A stretch of 64,000 bases of DNA from an uncultured Candidatus Saccharibacteria bacterium (GCA_964616075.1 CAZTRA010000003.1:26075-90074), one strand, 5' to 3'; counted from the stretch's first letter, positions 30,153 to 40,185 are shown. Numbers and translations are program-made. Notes: generated from the sequence alone by a model not told the origin.

Positions 30153-30689
30153 ATGAATCTTTGGCACGACATTGATCCAGGAAACAAAGGCGAAATGACA
30201 ACAATTGTTGAAATACAAAAAGGATCAAAAAATAAATACGAGGTGGACAAAAAGACCGGCCTTCTCTCTCTTGACCGCGTAGCTCACACCGCACAAGACT
30301 TTCCTTTCGATTATGGTTTTATCCCCCAAACATTATGGGATGATAATGATCCAATTGACGTAGTTATGCTTACAACCTATCCTCTCTTGCCGGGCATATT
30401 AGTGTCTGTTCGCCCTATTGCCATTATGAATGTCATTGACAGCGGAGATGCCGATGACAAAATTATTGCAGTACCAGTATCAGATCCACGCTGGAACGAT
30501 ACCAAAGATTTAAAGGACATTAACCCACACACCCTCAAAGAAATCGAGCATTTTTACTCCACCTACAAAAAACTCCAAAACAAAGAAGTTTCTGTAAAAG
30601 GATTTAAGGGTAGAATAGATGCTGAAAAAGCATTTGAGCGCGGTATAATCCTATATCAAAAGAAATTTGGCGCAAAGAAACAAAAATAA
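30153..30689 (+). CDS. ppa: Inorganic pyrophosphatase (family I)
   Basis: 178 aa. Contains DPIDVV, the FPFDYGFIP region and DDKIIAV, typical of soluble PPase. Confidence 0.85.
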   Translation: MNLWHDIDPGNKGEMTTIVEIQKGSKNKYEVDKKTGLLSLDRVAHTAQDFPFDYGFIPQTLWDDNDPIDVVMLTTYPLLPGILVSVRPIAIMNVIDSGDADDKIIAVPVSDPRWNDTKDLKDINPHTLKEIEHFYSTYKKLQNKEVSVKGFKGRIDAEKAFERGIILYQKKFGAKKQK

Positions 30690-30700
30690 AAAGACTGCCA

Positions 30701-30752
30701 CACCAACACAATACACACCTTCTTGAAAAAGAAGGTGTGTATTGTGTTGGTG
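30701..30752 (+). other. Perfect 24-bp stem hairpin with GAAA loop downstream of ppa
   Basis: CACCAACACAATACACACCTTCTT-GAAA-AAGAAGGTGTGTATTGTGTTGGTG. No T-tract follows on the plus strand. A T-rich tract would follow on the minus strand. Confidence 0.6.
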
Positions 30753-30813
30753 AAGTAGTATACTATCAATGAAGTCTGTGAAAGTATTTTTTATTACGTT
30801 TATAATATAGAAA

Positions 30814-31689
30814 ATGAACATATTGAAGTACATATTAATTAGTTTCTGTCTTTTTGTGACGCCGAGTATTGTGGTACACGCAGAAGAATCTACACAACTC
30901 CCTGCAACCGAAACCCCTGGCAGTTACACAAAGCCAGTTGCTCCTAACACCCCGCCACCAACACGGCCAGTCAAACCAGAGCAAAACGTTCGCCATCCAG
31001 AATATTATCCAACAAAGAATCCTGAAATGACTCAGATTCGAGAAGATAGAGAAGGTATAAAAGATGACCGAAAAGAAGCAGTAAAAAAAGAGCGTACTGA
31101 TATCCGTTCAGATATAAAAGATATCAGGACAGGTGTTAAGAGTGGCTCAACAACAAGACCAGAAGCTGTTGAATTGAAAAAACAGCGTGTACAGGAAGGT
31201 CGTGAGACAATCGAAAAAACGAGAGAGGATGCTCGTGCCCAATTAGAAGAAAAACGAGCTGCATTAAAGGAAGAAATCGAAAAAAACAGAGAGGGTCATC
31301 TCAAAAAGACTATTGAAATAATGCTAAAAAGATACAACGCAGCATACGAACGACTCCTTCAAATTCAAAACAGAGTTACTGAACATATAGCAAAAGTTGA
31401 AGCAAATGGACAATCAGTAACAACAGCAAAAACAGAATTAGAGAAAGCAAAAATAATACTCGCCACTGTTCCCGCTACAATCGCCTCATTCAAAGCAACA
31501 CTTGAAGCAGCAGCGGCCGCCCCAGAAGATATTTCAAAAAAAGAAGTAATTAAAACACAAAGTGAAGCTGTGAAAAAGGCTCTGAAAGAGGCTCACGAGG
31601 CATTAATAAAAGCAGTTATCGCTCTTAAACCTGGAAAACCAGAACGTCCAGCGGCAACAACAACCCCAGGCAACTCAATAACAAACTAA
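30814..31689 (+). CDS. Hypothetical secreted Lys/Glu/Arg-rich low-complexity protein
   Basis: Signal peptide MNILKYILISFCLFVTPSIVVHA, then a Pro-rich segment and charged coiled-coil-like repeats. Confidence 0.5.
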   Translation: MNILKYILISFCLFVTPSIVVHAEESTQLPATETPGSYTKPVAPNTPPPTRPVKPEQNVRHPEYYPTKNPEMTQIREDREGIKDDRKEAVKKERTDIRSDIKDIRTGVKSGSTTRPEAVELKKQRVQEGRETIEKTREDARAQLEEKRAALKEEIEKNREGHLKKTIEIMLKRYNAAYERLLQIQNRVTEHIAKVEANGQSVTTAKTELEKAKIILATVPATIASFKATLEAAAAAPEDISKKEVIKTQSEAVKKALKEAHEALIKAVIALKPGKPERPAATTTPGNSITN

Positions 31690-31723
31690 CCAGTCACCAC
31701 TAGTCACTTATAGCTTTAAAAAA

Positions 31724-32095
31724 ATGGATCAAACAACATCGGGTGGTATAACGCCCCCACCAATACAACAACCATCATCTTCTGTGCCACCTCAACCGAC
31801 GACGGAAGTACACATCAATGAAACAAAACAATCTTCACTCGGACCAGTCATCGGTATTGTGATTGTTATCATTCTTCTCATTGCAGGCGCTTTGTATGCG
31901 TGGAAATCAATGCCACAAAATACTATTCCATCCGAAATAATAGCGACACAACAACAAACAGACCCTCAAACAGAAAAACTCATGGAAGTAACGACCTCAA
32001 CTGACCCAAAAGACATTGAAGCGGATCTTATGAACACAAACATTGAAAATCTTGACGTAGACCTTGGTGCTCTTTTAATTGAAGCCGTGCAGTAA
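31724..32095 (+). CDS. Hypothetical single-pass membrane protein
   Basis: 123 aa. Pro/Ser/Thr-rich N-terminus and TM helix GPVIGIVIVIILLIAGALYAW. A hairpin terminator follows at 32119-32149. Confidence 0.45.
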   Translation: MDQTTSGGITPPPIQQPSSSVPPQPTTEVHINETKQSSLGPVIGIVIVIILLIAGALYAWKSMPQNTIPSEIIATQQQTDPQTEKLMEVTTSTDPKDIEADLMNTNIENLDVDLGALLIEAVQ

Positions 32096-32194
32096 GTATT
32101 CCTCTTTGTTATTCCATCAAAATCACCCCGCACACCGCGGGGTGATTTTGCGTATTTCTTGAAGATGGCTATACTGTGTTCTCATCACACTATC

Positions 32195-33274
32195 GCCATG
32201 AACACAGCCAAAACAACACCAAAAGAGAAACGTTTTTCTCTCAAAAAAGAAAATAGGGTGGGTTCTATTATCGCACTTAGTGGCACACTCCCTACTGAAG
32301 CAATTGATGCTGAAAACGAACGGGCTCTCAAAAATATAGGAATAGAATTGTCTCTGCCAGGTTTTCGTAAAGGGCATATTCCTGCTCATATTCTTAAAAA
32401 ACACATCGGTGAACTTGCTCTATTTGAAGAAGCGGCGAGTCTTGCTATTGAAAAAATAGTCCCCGATATTATTGCAGAGGAAGCATTACCTCTTATCGCT
32501 CCCCCGAGAGTACGCATCACAAAATTAGTACCACACACGGCCGTCGAATATACAATCGAGGTACCCGTATTGCCTGAAGTGACATTGCCTGACTATAAAA
32601 AATTAGCAAAAAAAATATATACTGCCAAAAAAGATCCAATTGAAATAACCTCCCAAGAACTACAAGATGCGCTATTAAACGTACAAAAAACAGTCGCTCG
32701 ATGGAAAACACAAGAAAAAAAGAGTGATCAATCCGCATCAAACGATGCACCGCTAGCCCCACTTAGTGACGATGATGTAAAAAAAATAGGAGATTATAAA
32801 GATATCGCTGATTTTACGGAAAAACTAAAGCAATCACTTAAAGAAGACAAGGAAATAAAAGCGAGAGATAAACAACGCAATGAAATTGCCGAAGCGATCA
32901 TACAAGGCACAACAACCGACGTTCCCGAAGTACTCATCGAGGACGAACAAGAGCGCATGTTACAGCGATTTCGCCATGATATAGAACATATGGGTATGCA
33001 ATTTGATACCTACTTATCTCAAATAAAAAAAACTGCCAAAGAAATAAAGCTGGAGATGCGAGACAGCGCTGTAAAACGCGCCACTCTTGAACTAGCATTT
33101 GCCAAAATTGCCCAAGAACAAATGTTAGAAGTTCCAAAAGACAAACTAGAAGAAGAAATAAAGCGCTATCGCGCATCAGCACCAGACGTTGATGAACATC
33201 GTGTTCGAGATTACCTGCACCACGTCATGAAAAACGAGGCCGTGTTTGTTTTTCTTGAATCTCATCACACCTAA
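32195..33274 (+). CDS. tig: Trigger factor-like chaperone lacking a recognisable PPIase domain
   Basis: LPGFRKGHIPAHILKKHIGE matches the trigger-factor ribosome-binding motif (GFRxGxxP). The remainder is a helical C-domain-like sequence with no FKBP segment. Start may be at 32159 or 32195. Confidence 0.55.
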   Translation, partial: AMNTAKTTPKEKRFSLKKENRVGSIIALSGTLPTEAIDAENERALKNIGIELSLPGFRKGHIPAHILKKHIGELALFEEAASLAIEKIVPDIIAEEALPLIAPPRVRITKLVPHTAVEYTIEVPVLPEVTLPDYKKLAKKIYTAKKDPIEITSQELQDALLNVQKTVARWKTQEKKSDQSASNDAPLAPLSDDDVKKIGDYKDIADFTEKLKQSLKEDKEIKARDKQRNEIAEAIIQGTTTDVPEVLIEDEQERMLQRFRHDIEHMGMQFDTYLSQIKKTAKEIKLEMRDSAVKRATLELAFAKIAQEQMLEVPKDKLEEEIKRYRASAPDVDEHRVRDYLHHVMKNEAVFVFLESHHT

Positions 33275-33969
33275 AGAAGTAGTAGCGTTGCCGCAGCGAT
33301 TGCTGCGGTTTCAGCACGAAGCGTTCGAGAACCAATTGTATACATAGGAATTGCCAGCTCTTTAAAAAGAGCGCGCTCATGGTCTGCCCAGCCACCCTCA
33401 GGCCCCACAAGCACATACAACTGTTCTTTATATGTTGCCCGAATATCTGCCACAGGGAGCGCAGGAGCGTCTTCATCAAGTACAATAACGTGCTTTTTTT
33501 GTAAAATATCCGCCACAGTACACACCTCAGTAACAATAGGAATGGTACCTCGCCCACACTGTTCGGCCGCCTCACGGGCAATCACAGAAAGCCGCTCAAG
33601 ATTGAGACCTTTCTTCTCACTTCGTTGAGAATAAATAGGAATACACCCAGAGGCACCAAGTTCAGTTACTTTTTGTACTACCCATTCAAACTTATCTTTT
33701 TTAATGATTGACGAACACATATACAACACGCAAGGAGCTTGATCTGCACCCATAAAAGAACGAAAAACGTGCACGTTCGCCTTTTGACGACTCAAAAATT
33801 CAATACGCCCTTCGTATAAAATCCCGTCACCAGAACCAACCACCACAATATCTCCTTGAGAAAGACGAAATACACGACCCCACTGGTGAAGTATTGCGGC
33901 GTGCTCAATATGCACTATGTCACCGACCATAATCTGAAGTCCTGGTATGAGAAAATGTTGTAACTTCAT
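33271..33969 (-). CDS. rsmE: 16S rRNA (uracil1498-N3)-methyltransferase RsmE
   Basis: 232 aa. Contains VLVGPEGGW, IGSRTLRAETAAIAA and a PUA-like N-terminus. Confidence 0.8.
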   Translation of the reverse strand: MKLQHFLIPGLQIMVGDIVHIEHAAILHQWGRVFRLSQGDIVVVGSGDGILYEGRIEFLSRQKANVHVFRSFMGADQAPCVLYMCSSIIKKDKFEWVVQKVTELGASGCIPIYSQRSEKKGLNLERLSVIAREAAEQCGRGTIPIVTEVCTVADILQKKHVIVLDEDAPALPVADIRATYKEQLYVLVGPEGGWADHERALFKELAIPMYTIGSRTLRAETAAIAAATLLLL

Positions 33970-34080
33970 GATGTCATCCTAGCGTATAAATAAAAAAATT
34001 AAAACATCACCTAAAAATAAAATTGTCAATAAATAAACTTTCTGATATACTCTGCCCGTCTCTTTATCGAATTATTCTTC

Positions 34081-34665
34081 ATGTCTATGTCAATTCTCAT
34101 TCCTACCGTTATTGAAAAATCGCAATTTGGCGAACGAGCCTACGATATCTACTCACGACTTCTCAAAGAAAATATCATTTTTCTTGGTGGACCGATCGAT
34201 GACACGATCGCAAATCTTGTGATCGCTCAATTACTTTTTTTACAATCTGAAGATCCAAAAAAAGATATCTCTCTGTACATCAATTCACCTGGCGGTTCAG
34301 TTACCTCAACACTTGCAATTGTTGATACAATGCACCATGTAAAAAATGATGTTTCGACAGTCTGTGTTGGCATCGCCGCCTCCGGCGCAGCTATAGTACT
34401 CTCCTCTGGCAAAAAGGGAAAACGATTTATTCTGCCAAACGCTGAAGTTATGATCCATCAACCTCTTGGTGGCGCAGAAGGACAAGCGACCGATATTGCC
34501 ATTACCGCAAAACACATACTGAAAACCAAAGAAAACCTTAACCGTATGCTTGCAGAAAACACAGGTCGTCCGCTTAATCAGATAGAAAAAGATGTTGAAC
34601 GAGACTTTTTTATGTCAGCAGACGAAGCAAAAAAATACGGTATCGTTGACGCAATATTGAAATAA
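34081..34665 (+). CDS. clpP: ATP-dependent Clp protease proteolytic subunit
   Basis: 194 aa. Contains [29 protein letters not shown] and the catalytic Ser/His/Asp context. Confidence 0.9.
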   Translation: MSMSILIPTVIEKSQFGERAYDIYSRLLKENIIFLGGPIDDTIANLVIAQLLFLQSEDPKKDISLYINSPGGSVTSTLAIVDTMHHVKNDVSTVCVGIAASGAAIVLSSGKKGKRFILPNAEVMIHQPLGGAEGQATDIAITAKHILKTKENLNRMLAENTGRPLNQIEKDVERDFFMSADEAKKYGIVDAILK

Positions 34666-34928
34666 AAAATCTGTACACTCCTGTGCAGGTTTTTTGCTAT
34701 ACGATAACAGGCCATAATATATACACAAAAATCAAGACCTACGTGGACAAATCAATTTCAGTCTTGTACGATAAGCGTGTTACCCATTTAGTACGGACGG
34801 AGTATTTCCTAACTCGCCTGCCACCTAACACTACCTTTCCTTATCTTATGGTTCCCTTGTTCAGTAAAAAACACAAGAGACCCGCTAGAACGGCCGGAAC
34901 GGAAAAGCTCCGCTGAAAAATTAATACC

Positions 34929-36458
34929 ATGTCCTTAAAATTAGCACTGACTCTTGCCAGTGCGGCGCTCTTTGCGGGTGCAGGACTCGGCTACTATATT
35001 CGCTGGCTCATCGGTCTTTCAAAAAAAGGATCAATTGAACTTGAAATAAAGCAGCTCCTCCTGGATGCCAAAGAAGAAGCAAAACGAATCATTGAAGAAG
35101 GTAAAGAAGACGCGGAAACAAAACAAAAACAAATTCGTGCCGAACAAAAAGAAAAAGAGATCGAACTAAAAAAGACAGAAGAACGTCTTGTTAAAAAAGA
35201 AGAATTACTCGATAAACGACAAGGAGATATCGACACCGAAGTCGAAGAACTGAAAGAAAAAGCAGTCGAAATAAAAAAAATCAAAGAGCGTGTAGACACC
35301 ATGGAGAAAGAAAAAATCTCTGAACTTGAACGTGTTTCACGCCTCTCGAGCGAAGAAGCCAAACAAGAGCTCATAAAAGATGTTGAAAAGAGGTACGAAG
35401 AAGACCTCTTGGTTCGTCTTAATAAATTAGAGACAGCTAACAGTGAAAAAATTGAACGTCGTGCTCAAGAAATTATCACTACTGCAATACAACGATACGG
35501 AAACTCGGTTGCTGCGGACGTCCTCTCAACAGCGGTTACTATCCCAAATGATGAACTTAAAGGAAAAATTATTGGTAAAGAAGGTAGAAATATTAAAGCG
35601 TTTGAGCGTGTAACTGGTGTTGAAGTTATTGTTGACGATACACCTGGGTCAATCATTATTTCATCATTCGATCCCGTACGAAGACAAGTGGCGCGTGTTG
35701 CCCTAGAAAATCTTATCCTTGATGGCCGTATCCAGCCAGTAAAAATCGAAAAAACGGTTGAAAAAGCTCAGGAAGAGATTAACAAGATTATTAAAGATAA
35801 AGGTCAACAGGCCGCCTACGAAATTGGCGCCTACAACCTTGACCCTCGTGTACTCGCTATTTTAGGGCGCCTACACTTCCGTACGAGTTATGGCCAAAAT
35901 GTCCTACAGCACAGCGTTGAAATGGCACATATCGCCGGCATGATCGCTGAAGAACTTGGCGCTAATATAATGGTGGCAAAAATTGGCGCCCTAGTACACG
36001 ATATCGGAAAAGCTGTTGACCATGAAGTACAAGGAACACACGTCGAAATAGGTCGCCGTATCCTCCAAAAATTTGGTGTGTCAGAGGACATTATAAAAGC
36101 AATGCAGGCACACCACGAAGAGTATCCGTACGAAACGATTGAATCAATCATTGTACAAGTAGCTGATGCTATTTCAGGAAGTCGACCAGGCGCACGGCGA
36201 GATTCTGTTGAGAACTACCTCAAACGTCTCGCTGATCTTGAGGCAATCGCCACATCATTTACTGGTATCGACAAAGCCTATGCCATTCAGGCCGGCAGAG
36301 AAATTCGAATATTTGTTAAACCTGAAGAAATATCTGATTTACAAGCAAAAGAACTTGCTCGAAATATTGCCCTACGTATTGAAAATGAATTGAAATACCC
36401 TGGGGAAATCAAGGTCGCAGTTATTCGGGAGAGTCGTGTAATAGACTTCGCTCGATAA
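34929..36458 (+). CDS. rny: Ribonuclease Y
   Basis: 509 aa. N-terminal TM, coiled-coil, KH domain (GKIIGKEGRNIK) and HD domain (LVHDIGKA). Confidence 0.9.
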   Translation: MSLKLALTLASAALFAGAGLGYYIRWLIGLSKKGSIELEIKQLLLDAKEEAKRIIEEGKEDAETKQKQIRAEQKEKEIELKKTEERLVKKEELLDKRQGDIDTEVEELKEKAVEIKKIKERVDTMEKEKISELERVSRLSSEEAKQELIKDVEKRYEEDLLVRLNKLETANSEKIERRAQEIITTAIQRYGNSVAADVLSTAVTIPNDELKGKIIGKEGRNIKAFERVTGVEVIVDDTPGSIIISSFDPVRRQVARVALENLILDGRIQPVKIEKTVEKAQEEINKIIKDKGQQAAYEIGAYNLDPRVLAILGRLHFRTSYGQNVLQHSVEMAHIAGMIAEELGANIMVAKIGALVHDIGKAVDHEVQGTHVEIGRRILQKFGVSEDIIKAMQAHHEEYPYETIESIIVQVADAISGSRPGARRDSVENYLKRLADLEAIATSFTGIDKAYAIQAGREIRIFVKPEEISDLQAKELARNIALRIENELKYPGEIKVAVIRESRVIDFAR

Positions 36459-36471
36459 AAATAAATTAATT

Positions 36472-36517
36472 AAGAAAGCGCGGTTGTGTACAACAAAACA
36501 ACCGCGCTTTCTTTTTA
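36472..36517 (+). terminator. Rho-independent terminator after rny
   Basis: GAAAGCGCGGTTGT-loop-ACAACCGCGCTTTC followed by TTTTT. Confidence 0.7.
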
Positions 36518-36613
36518 TGGCTTTATAAAGCCATGACTATAAAAAATAGTGGTTACTTATAAAAACAAAATGAAATACTATTTCATATTTTTGTAAATAG
36601 ATATGTTTATGAT

Positions 36614-36690
36614 TTGACATATATCAATCATATCATTATAGTTTTGGCCTTATTGCGCGAAAAAACAAAAAAGCGGTATAATTCACAGAA
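36614..36690 (+). promoter_or_regulatory. Two tandem sigma70-like promoters upstream of hup
   Basis: P1 is TTGACA-N17-TATAGT (36614-36642). P2 is TTGCGC-N18-TATAAT with an upstream GCGG (36651-36690). Confidence 0.45.
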
Positions 36691-36756
36691 CGGATTTTCT
36701 CGATGGAGAACCGAGGGAACCGGTGGATAGTTTATTATTAACGTCGTTATATTACG

Positions 36757-37029
36757 ATGAACAAGCAAGCTATCATCGATGCGGTACACGCCGTTCTCGG
36801 TGGAACCAAGGTTCAAGCAGAACAGGCGGTCGAAACAGTTATTAACTCAGTTGTTGACGCCCTTAAGAAAGGTGACGAAGTTTCAATTGCCGGTCTTGGT
36901 ATTTTTTCAGTAAAAACCCGCGCAGCACGTCAAGCTCGTAACCCACGCACTGGTGAAACTTTGACCGTACCTGCAATGAAGGTACCAAAGTTCCGTGCAG
37001 CAAAGGCACTTAAAGACGCGGTTAAATAA
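36757..37029 (+). CDS. hup: DNA-binding protein HU
   Basis: 90 aa. Contains GLGIFSVKTRAARQARNPRTGETL…VPKFRAAKALKDAV. Confidence 0.9.
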   Translation: MNKQAIIDAVHAVLGGTKVQAEQAVETVINSVVDALKKGDEVSIAGLGIFSVKTRAARQARNPRTGETLTVPAMKVPKFRAAKALKDAVK

Positions 37030-37051
37030 CGCATCTTTTCTTTCCGAAACA

Positions 37052-37080
37052 CAAAAACCGCCGTAGCTGGCGGTTTTTGT
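37052..37080 (+). terminator. Rho-independent terminator after hup
   Basis: AAAAACCGCC-GTAGCT-GGCGGTTTTT followed by GT. Confidence 0.75.
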
Positions 37081-37312
37081 CTGTGGCGGCAAATTCTTTT
37101 ATGAAAATTCAAATACAAAATCTAAGAAAAGAAACGGGCTCCTGGCAGACTTGCGTCCACAAGGAGCCCGGATTCGACACACGCAACTTAGCCTTGATAG
37201 GCTTCGCGAAGAATACGATCAAGGAACTACACTTTCTTGAGCATGTTTCGCGCGAGGTCGCGCCGGTAGCTGAGGTACGTCGCCGAGCGAAGCGAGGCCT
37301 TGACTTTTAACT

Positions 37313-37387
37313 TGGTGCGGGCGGCGGGAGTCGAACCCGCGTCTGCTGCTTGGAAGGCAGCCATAATAGCCGTTATACGACGCCCGC
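37313..37387 (-). tRNA. tRNA-Gly (anticodon UCC), CCA encoded
   Basis: Reverse complement is GCGGGCGTCGTATAACGG…CTGCCTTCCAAGCAG…GGGTTCGACTCCCGCCGCCCGCACCA. Cloverleaf with acceptor stem GCGGGCG/CGCCCGC, anticodon loop CUUCCAA and T-loop GGTTCGA. Confidence 0.8.
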
Positions 37388-37540
37388 AAGCGTGTACGTC
37401 CACACATCCTACAGGAAAAATTAAAATAAGAAAATCTAAACAAGACATGGATAACACAAAAACACTCTCAATCTTGTTCTTGTATGTATTGAGACATATA
37501 CAATTTTCCCACATTACCCCAATAAAAAGATTGTGCTACC

Positions 37541-38713
37541 ATGCGCTCACCTGTGATACTACGCACACTCATCATCACACTCACCATAGCACTGGCAAGT
37601 ACTAGTGTATTATTGACCATTCCAAAAAAAGCAATTACCCCATCGACACCACAACACAATCAAACCTACAAAGAAAAACGTACCGTGAGCACGACAACAG
37701 ATACACCACCGTTCTCTAAAACAGCTCCAACTACATCAACACAACAAACGGCCACCCCAACAAACAAACTGCCACAAACGCAATCACCCGTACAAAAAAC
37801 TCCAACTTCGCCCATCCAAACAACAATACCCCCTGCCCCAAAAATACCAACCGCCCATCCCACAACCACAACACCGGCCAAACAAACCAATAAACTAGTT
37901 CGCTCTGCGGTGGTAAATATTCTCTGTAGTGCAACCAACCAAACACTCAAATCGTTATCTGGTTCAGGTGTTATTATCGACCCTTCCGGAATTATCTTGA
38001 CAAACGCACATATTGCGCAATACTTTCTTCTTACCGATTACCCAACCACAAATGCCATCTCCTGTTCAATTCGTACCGGATCACCCGCATACCCACGATT
38101 CAAAGCCGAATTACTCTACCTTTCTCCTTCGTGGATCACGAAAAATGCGGCACTCATCACGCAACAAAACCCAACCGGTACCGGTGAATTTGACTTTGCT
38201 TTACTAAGAATAACCGGAGCAATCGACAACACTCCCCTTCCACTGTTTCCATTCCTGACCCCCCACACAGAGACAGCAGTGGGCGAAACGATATTTATTG
38301 CTGGATATCCTGCAAGCTTCCTCGGATCAATCGGAGTTGAACGTGATCTATATCTTCTCTCAGCACAATCAACAATTTCTGAAATCTTCACCTTTGGGGA
38401 GCAAAATACAATCGACCTCATCTCCGTTGGCGGCACAGTCCTTTCGCAACGAGGCGCCTCAGGCGGAGCGGTTGCCAATCAAAACGGCAACTTGATAGGT
38501 ATTGTGGTCACCACAACCGAAGGTACATCTACAAACGAACGAGACTTACGAGCAATAACCATAAAACACGTTGACCAAACGCTCACCGCAGAAACCGGCA
38601 CGGGACTCAAAAAATTGTTGAGTTTTGATCTTATCGGTACCGCAAAAAATTTCAATGAATCAATTGCACCGCTTTTGCGTTCGATACTCATAAAAGAAAT
38701 TGAGCACCATTAA
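37541..38713 (+). CDS. Trypsin-like (S1/chymotrypsin fold) serine protease, membrane-anchored or secreted, with Thr/Pro/Gln-rich linker
   Basis: N-terminal TM. Catalytic context is TNAHI (His), DFALLRI (Asp) and GASGGAV (Ser, GxSGG). Confidence 0.7.
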   Translation: MRSPVILRTLIITLTIALASTSVLLTIPKKAITPSTPQHNQTYKEKRTVSTTTDTPPFSKTAPTTSTQQTATPTNKLPQTQSPVQKTPTSPIQTTIPPAPKIPTAHPTTTTPAKQTNKLVRSAVVNILCSATNQTLKSLSGSGVIIDPSGIILTNAHIAQYFLLTDYPTTNAISCSIRTGSPAYPRFKAELLYLSPSWITKNAALITQQNPTGTGEFDFALLRITGAIDNTPLPLFPFLTPHTETAVGETIFIAGYPASFLGSIGVERDLYLLSAQSTISEIFTFGEQNTIDLISVGGTVLSQRGASGGAVANQNGNLIGIVVTTTEGTSTNERDLRAITIKHVDQTLTAETGTGLKKLLSFDLIGTAKNFNESIAPLLRSILIKEIEHH

Positions 38714-39051
38714 CGCGTCGCCTGTTCCCGCGCAATAGCAATAATCGTATCAAAATTATCTTTCGAATGGACGGTTTGCTTTCTTTGGAAATGACATCGT
38801 TGGCACTCGTGAGTGAGTACCCACTGACCGGAACGCTGGCCAACGGCACAGGGCTTCATCAAACCAAAACATTTCTCCGCACGATCACCAGGATACACAT
38901 CAACATGCTTACTCCACAAGCAGGCCGAGCAATGGTTGGTGTAGCCATCACCCAATACTTCGTGCCCACAATGATCACAAAGGAATGATTCTTGGCGCTT
39001 CGTGAATTTCTTGTGCTCCATAGTATGTGATACTGCACAACAACAAAGCAA
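38710..39051 (-). CDS. RNHCP domain-containing protein (Cys/His-rich small protein)
   Basis: Contains CDHCGHEV…GYTNHCSACLWSKHVD…CQRCHF. Overlaps the convergent protease gene stop by 4 bp. Confidence 0.45.
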   Translation of the reverse strand: MLCCCAVSHTMEHKKFTKRQESFLCDHCGHEVLGDGYTNHCSACLWSKHVDVYPGDRAEKCFGLMKPCAVGQRSGQWVLTHECQRCHFQRKQTVHSKDNFDTIIAIAREQATR

Positions 39052-39085
39052 ACGTCAACATCTCCCACAATGATCGTACACCTCT

Positions 39086-39907
39086 TTATGGATCACACAG
39101 GACAAGATGCCCTTTTTGTTTTTTTATTAATCCGTCTTGTATAAGACTCGCTATAACTTGACTGCTCTTCCCTGTACCAACACAACGAATTGCCGACGCG
39201 ACCGACACACCCCCCTCCGCAAGCAGAAAGCGGAGCAATTTTCCTCGGGCCTCACGAATGCTACCAATAAACTTTTTTTGTCTTACATACTGTCGACTCA
39301 ATCGACTTTTATTACCAATCGTTATCTTAAGCATAGAACCATAATCCATCAGCGCCGAATACCACATGCGTGGATCTTTTGTGTATAGTGTTCGCTCAAT
39401 AAACGGAAGCAGTGCCTTATCAGAAACTGGCAGGGTTGTATTCTTAAAAAAATGATGAATGTACACAGTACGAATATTAGTTTCAATAAACACAAGAGGC
39501 ATATTGTACGCATACACACATATAGCAGCCGCCGTATCCTTACCGATACCAGGAAGTAAATCTAATTCATCAATCACTCGTGGCACATGACCTCCGTATC
39601 GATCAACAATAATTTTTGCGGCATTATGTAAAAACTTTGCCCGACGGTTATATCCAAGCCCTTGCCATATACGTAATACCTCTAAAAATGACGCGCGAGC
39701 TAAATCAAATACCGTTGGAAAGCGCGTTGTAAATAAAAGATATTTATCAATCACTCGAGTGACTTGTGTCTGTTGCAACATTACCTCAGATACCATAATA
39801 CAATACGGATCACTTGTTTTTCGCCATGGTAATGTACGTCCATGAACCGAAAAGTACGAGAGTATCGTTGTCTGAAATTTCCTAACTGTATGTCGTTGTA
39901 TACCCAT
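39086..39907 (-). CDS. HhH-GPD superfamily DNA glycosylase (MutY/Nth-like) lacking the C-terminal 4Fe-4S Cys cluster
   Basis: Contains LPWR…DPY…VSEVMLQQTQV, GLGYNRRAKFL and LPGIGKDTAAAI. No Cx6Cx2Cx5C. Glu replaces the usual Asp at the IETN/LDGN position. Confidence 0.65.
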   Translation of the reverse strand: MGIQRHTVRKFQTTILSYFSVHGRTLPWRKTSDPYCIMVSEVMLQQTQVTRVIDKYLLFTTRFPTVFDLARASFLEVLRIWQGLGYNRRAKFLHNAAKIIVDRYGGHVPRVIDELDLLPGIGKDTAAAICVYAYNMPLVFIETNIRTVYIHHFFKNTTLPVSDKALLPFIERTLYTKDPRMWYSALMDYGSMLKITIGNKSRLSRQYVRQKKFIGSIREARGKLLRFLLAEGGVSVASAIRCVGTGKSSQVIASLIQDGLIKKQKGHLVLCDP

Positions 39908-40055
39908 TTATTTCACCATATTCATACCTACCTACCGACCACACGACCTAATGATACCTATTTTGATACACTTACTGATCACCAATGAACAGCAAAAATT
40001 CCTAATTCAACATAATTTCAAGTAAAATACTGTACCTAAGCCGCATTTTAAAATC

Positions 40056-40131
40056 TGGTCGGGGCGCCGGGATTCGAACCCGGAGTCTCATGCTCCCAAA
40101 GCATGCATGTTAGCCGTTACACCACGCCCCG
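40056..40131 (-). tRNA. tRNA-Pro (anticodon UGG), CCA encoded
   Basis: Reverse complement is CGGGGCGTGGTGTAACGG…CATGCTTTGGGAGCATG…GGGTTCGAATCCCGGCGCCCCGACCA. Confidence 0.8.
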
Positions 40132-40185
40132 TACAACCTATCCCCTCACGGAAACATTCAGATACTCTATCACGAAATCACTGCT

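Noticed and set aside
34994-35374. 126-aa Ser-rich antisense ORF inside rny
   Set aside because: Typical antisense artefact of a Lys/Glu-rich coding region (AAG/GAA codons read as CTT/TTC on the other strand). rny is unambiguous.
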